Shown here in pieces: positions 44,817-47,433 of a stretch of DNA of 47,433 bases. Numbering within the stretch: the first letter of the stretch is position 1; each line of letters opens with the position of its first letter. The notes below the pieces were generated by a model. It worked only from the letters and a program-made list of their open reading frames with translations, was not told where the DNA came from and did not search any database. The stretch spans positions 186,001 through 233,433 of IMG/VR virus record IMGVR_UViG_3300011906_000001, one strand, 5' to 3'. The DNA is from an uncultured virus (IMG/VR IMGVR_UViG_3300011906_000001). Its lineage: Duplodnaviria > Heunggongvirae > Uroviricota > Caudoviricetes. The position numbers and the translations under genes were made by a program.

Positions 44817-46478
44817 ATGCCACATGCCCTTCTCCCGCTCCCTGATGTTTACGAATCTGTTGTTCGAAGGGTAGCTGTCGCTGTAACTGCACGCCTTGCG
44901 CGGATCATGCACTTGCCTGAACAGACCCTTGTTTATCTTCCAGGCAATACCGACTCAGTTCCCATGAATGAAGGTGAGTTTGGAAATTGTTGCTTACCCA
45001 ATATTCGTTATCCAGCCGATTCACGCCTGGTCGTGCGTTATCAGGAAGAAGCCAATGATAACGTCACTTTGGTGACCCCTGTTAATACCAAAGAACATTT
45101 ACCTATTTTTGAAGATTCCATTCACGATGTGGTGATTCGCCCCGTATGGCGGTATGTTAACTTCACCGTGACCTTGGAGTACACCTCCCCTAATATCGTT
45201 GTGGCTCAGCGGTGGTTAGATGAGCAGCGTGCTCGCATTTCTATGGGACGGGCTGAGCAATACACTGAAGTTGAATACCACTACGCCTTACCCAGAACCC
45301 TCATGGCATTGTTTAAAATCCTTCATGATACCATGGAGAGTTCTGAATTCCCAACTGGGATTCCATTTGAACAATGGCTAGCTAGTCACATCAAAGTACC
45401 TACCACCAACATTGCAACCTTGATTGGTACTAATGAACAATTGGCTGTGGTTGAGAAACAAATGGAGGTCATTGGCTGGTTTGACTTTACCGATACCCCA
45501 CCAACCCCCGAACGGGACGCTAATGGCGTTGGGACCTATACGGCATCGATCAACTACACCTTCCGTTACAGTAGACCTACACATGTTGCGTGTAAGTTTC
45601 CTTTTTTAATGAATCAAAATCCAATCCCTAAAAATTTAAGGGAACGGGAAGGTTCTGGAACATATCAACAACAATTAAGGCGCGTATCTAAAACCAAAGG
45701 GGCTTTTGATTCACTCCTTAAAAGTATGCAAGCTAAACGGCTTCCTTATATCCACTATCCTGAATCGGATGACTGGATGCCTCCATCAATGCCCAAGCGC
45801 AGATTGACCTTTTTCACAGGCCTTGTGGTTATTAGTAAAGAAGATCTTCGAAGCATTGTTGATCTTTCGAATATGGGAACCTTACAGTTTACTCCTTTTT
45901 TCTTGGAATACTTTTTCCATCAAGGGAACGCGATTTTTGAGAAAGGCCTTTCATTCATTGAACTTAGCCTTTATGAAAACAATACGCGATTGGAAGGCCA
46001 TCCTTTAGAGATGGTGGAAGGAACAACCTTAGTTCGGTCAAAGGTCGATCTTGATCCTAACAAATATTACCATGTTCAAATGAGCTTGGTGCGAAACTGG
46101 TATGAATTAAAGCCTTCGGTCTATGAATGCTTAAGACGGTATCCAACAGTGCTCTATAACGCCCTGAGAGCGCTTGGAGTGAGTTTAAGCGACTCACCCC
46201 TTACCATGCCCTTCATTGCTAAAGATTTCGATCGTGAAGCCTCTGTAGAGTGTCCTGGGGAAGGCAGTCTATTATGCCAAGGTACGCATCCTCAATTGCC
46301 TTGGGCAAACCCAATTGATGAGACCTGCTCGTTAGTGATTCGAAAAGGGATTGTCAAACGTAAAACCCTTGAAGAGGCTATCGAGCAACTGGACACCATC
46401 AAGGACAATTTGGTTAATCAGAACACCATCGGTCCTGTCACTGTACTGTATGCCGACATCCTGACCTTTACCCGATAA
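44817..46478 (+). CDS. Virion structural protein (gp98-like), possibly neck/head-tail joining
   Basis: 553-aa ORF following the head-protein block. Confidence 0.7.
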   Translation: MPHALLPLPDVYESVVRRVAVAVTARLARIMHLPEQTLVYLPGNTDSVPMNEGEFGNCCLPNIRYPADSRLVVRYQEEANDNVTLVTPVNTKEHLPIFEDSIHDVVIRPVWRYVNFTVTLEYTSPNIVVAQRWLDEQRARISMGRAEQYTEVEYHYALPRTLMALFKILHDTMESSEFPTGIPFEQWLASHIKVPTTNIATLIGTNEQLAVVEKQMEVIGWFDFTDTPPTPERDANGVGTYTASINYTFRYSRPTHVACKFPFLMNQNPIPKNLREREGSGTYQQQLRRVSKTKGAFDSLLKSMQAKRLPYIHYPESDDWMPPSMPKRRLTFFTGLVVISKEDLRSIVDLSNMGTLQFTPFFLEYFFHQGNAIFEKGLSFIELSLYENNTRLEGHPLEMVEGTTLVRSKVDLDPNKYYHVQMSLVRNWYELKPSVYECLRRYPTVLYNALRALGVSLSDSPLTMPFIAKDFDREASVECPGEGSLLCQGTHPQLPWANPIDETCSLVIRKGIVKRKTLEEAIEQLDTIKDNLVNQNTIGPVTVLYADILTFTR

Positions 46479-46494
46479 ATGGATTATTAACACC

Positions 46495-47433
46495 ATGCCT
46501 ATCTTTGAAGAAAAGCCAGAGGCGTCTATTGAGGTTCCCGTCAATCCGATTAAACTTAGGATTGACCCACCCAGCTATGATGGCATTACCATTGACACCA
46601 AGTACACCCCAAGCTCGGCAGTATTGACCTGGGCTGAAGGGTCTAACTGGACGGTTGATTATTACTCTCAAGTGTTGGGTAACTCATCCGAACCCACACC
46701 ACTGGCCTTAGAACGTGAACCGATCTACCAACAGTACCGATTGATTAAAGGAATGGTACTTAAGGTCACTGACGGGTTGTCGTTCAGTCAAGATGCCTCA
46801 ACCCGCATCATGGAAGTCAGGGGTTCTGGGTGGACATTCCCCTTCCTAACACCCAACGTGGGCGATATGTTTGTCGCCAACATTGGCGATGGCAGGTTAG
46901 GGCTCTTTACCCTTACCTCCGCCATGCGAGCTACGATCCTTAAGGATTCGGTGTATAACGTCGAATGGGTGATGGTTGGGGAATTGACGCAAGAACGCAT
47001 CAATAACCTTAAAGCCAAAACCATCCAGACGTTCTATTACTCTCACTCCTCAATGTTGGGCGGGTGTGGACCTTTTGTTACCTTAGAAGATCAAAACAGG
47101 ACCCAAGATTACAGCGGCCATTACAAGGAAATCCTAAAGCGGTACCTCACTGATTTCCTAAGCCTTGAGCATTCCACCTTCTTGGTGCCTGATCAATGGC
47201 AAAAGACCTATGACCATTTTGTCACCAAGGCGTTCTTGACCATTGTCTCAAGTACCGAAGACCCTCGTGTACGCAAGGTTAAACTCCTGAACTGTACAGG
47301 CGTTAACGTCATGGGGCAACCCACCGTCTTTGATGCGGTGTTAAGGCAAGCCCCCCCCCGCCTCTATGGTTCTACTGAGCGTGCTCATCTTGTATCCACC
47401 AGGTTGTTTCGTGGCGCCCCCACGCTTCAAGCC
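46495..47433 (+). CDS. Virion structural protein (gp99-like), 3'-truncated by the window edge; missing from the ORF track
   Basis: Translated by hand as MPIFEEKPE...EGSNWTVDYYSQVLG...PNVGDMFVANIGDGRLGLF..., open for 313 codons to the window end. Confidence 0.8.
   Translation, partial: MPIFEEKPEASIEVPVNPIKLRIDPPSYDGITIDTKYTPSSAVLTWAEGSNWTVDYYSQVLGNSSEPTPLALEREPIYQQYRLIKGMVLKVTDGLSFSQDASTRIMEVRGSGWTFPFLTPNVGDMFVANIGDGRLGLFTLTSAMRATILKDSVYNVEWVMVGELTQERINNLKAKTIQTFYYSHSSMLGGCGPFVTLEDQNRTQDYSGHYKEILKRYLTDFLSLEHSTFLVPDQWQKTYDHFVTKAFLTIVSSTEDPRVRKVKLLNCTGVNVMGQPTVFDAVLRQAPPRLYGSTERAHLVSTRLFRGAPTLQA

Noticed and set aside
47351..47359. C9 homopolymer as a phase-variation or frameshift site
   Set aside because: The reading frame is intact through it and nothing else supports it within the window.
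1..47433. tRNA, rRNA, CRISPR arrays, transposases, inteins
   Set aside because: I saw no cloverleaf, regularly spaced direct repeats, transposase motifs or intein splice signatures by eye. The dispersed hairpins are not an array.

Overview
This 47.4-kb window is part of the genome of a nucleus-forming, phiKZ-like jumbo phage (Chimalliviridae), collinear with roughly phiKZ gp54-gp99. The gp numbers are assigned from motifs, synteny and my recollection of the family; no database search was run. From left to right it holds the 3' part of chimallin (ChmA), the catalytic beta'-like nvRNAP subunit (NADFDGD), small conserved genes, an SbcD/Mre11 nuclease, ChmC, the gp68-like nvRNAP subunit, PicA/Imp1, a gp70-like gene and two more nvRNAP subunits. 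These are followed by an SF2 helicase, a tail-chaperone-like gene pair, a vRNAP beta'-like subunit, a free-standing triple-GIY-YIG endonuclease, the exonuclease/motif-A half of the split family B DNA polymerase, and a block of head, inner-body, baseplate and neck genes. The most striking signal is three candidate programmed -1 ribosomal frameshifts. (1) The helicase is broken inside Walker A at G_GGA_AAG, with an upstream AGGAGG and a 15-bp hairpin 6 nt downstream; the shift restores QTGKGKS. (2) The polymerase subunit ends in A_AAA_AAG with the same three-part layout, and the shift appends a start-less ~131-aa domain with NADAR-like motifs. (3) The gp77-like gene ends in G_UUU_UUU, which opens into the next ORF in the way tail-chaperone G/GT pairs do. 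Also seen are an RBS-occluding hairpin with an embedded TATG in front of the endonuclease, a repeated promoter-like motif before two nvRNAP genes, and a family of CATAA...TTATG-flanked hairpins. I saw no tRNA, rRNA or CRISPR array.
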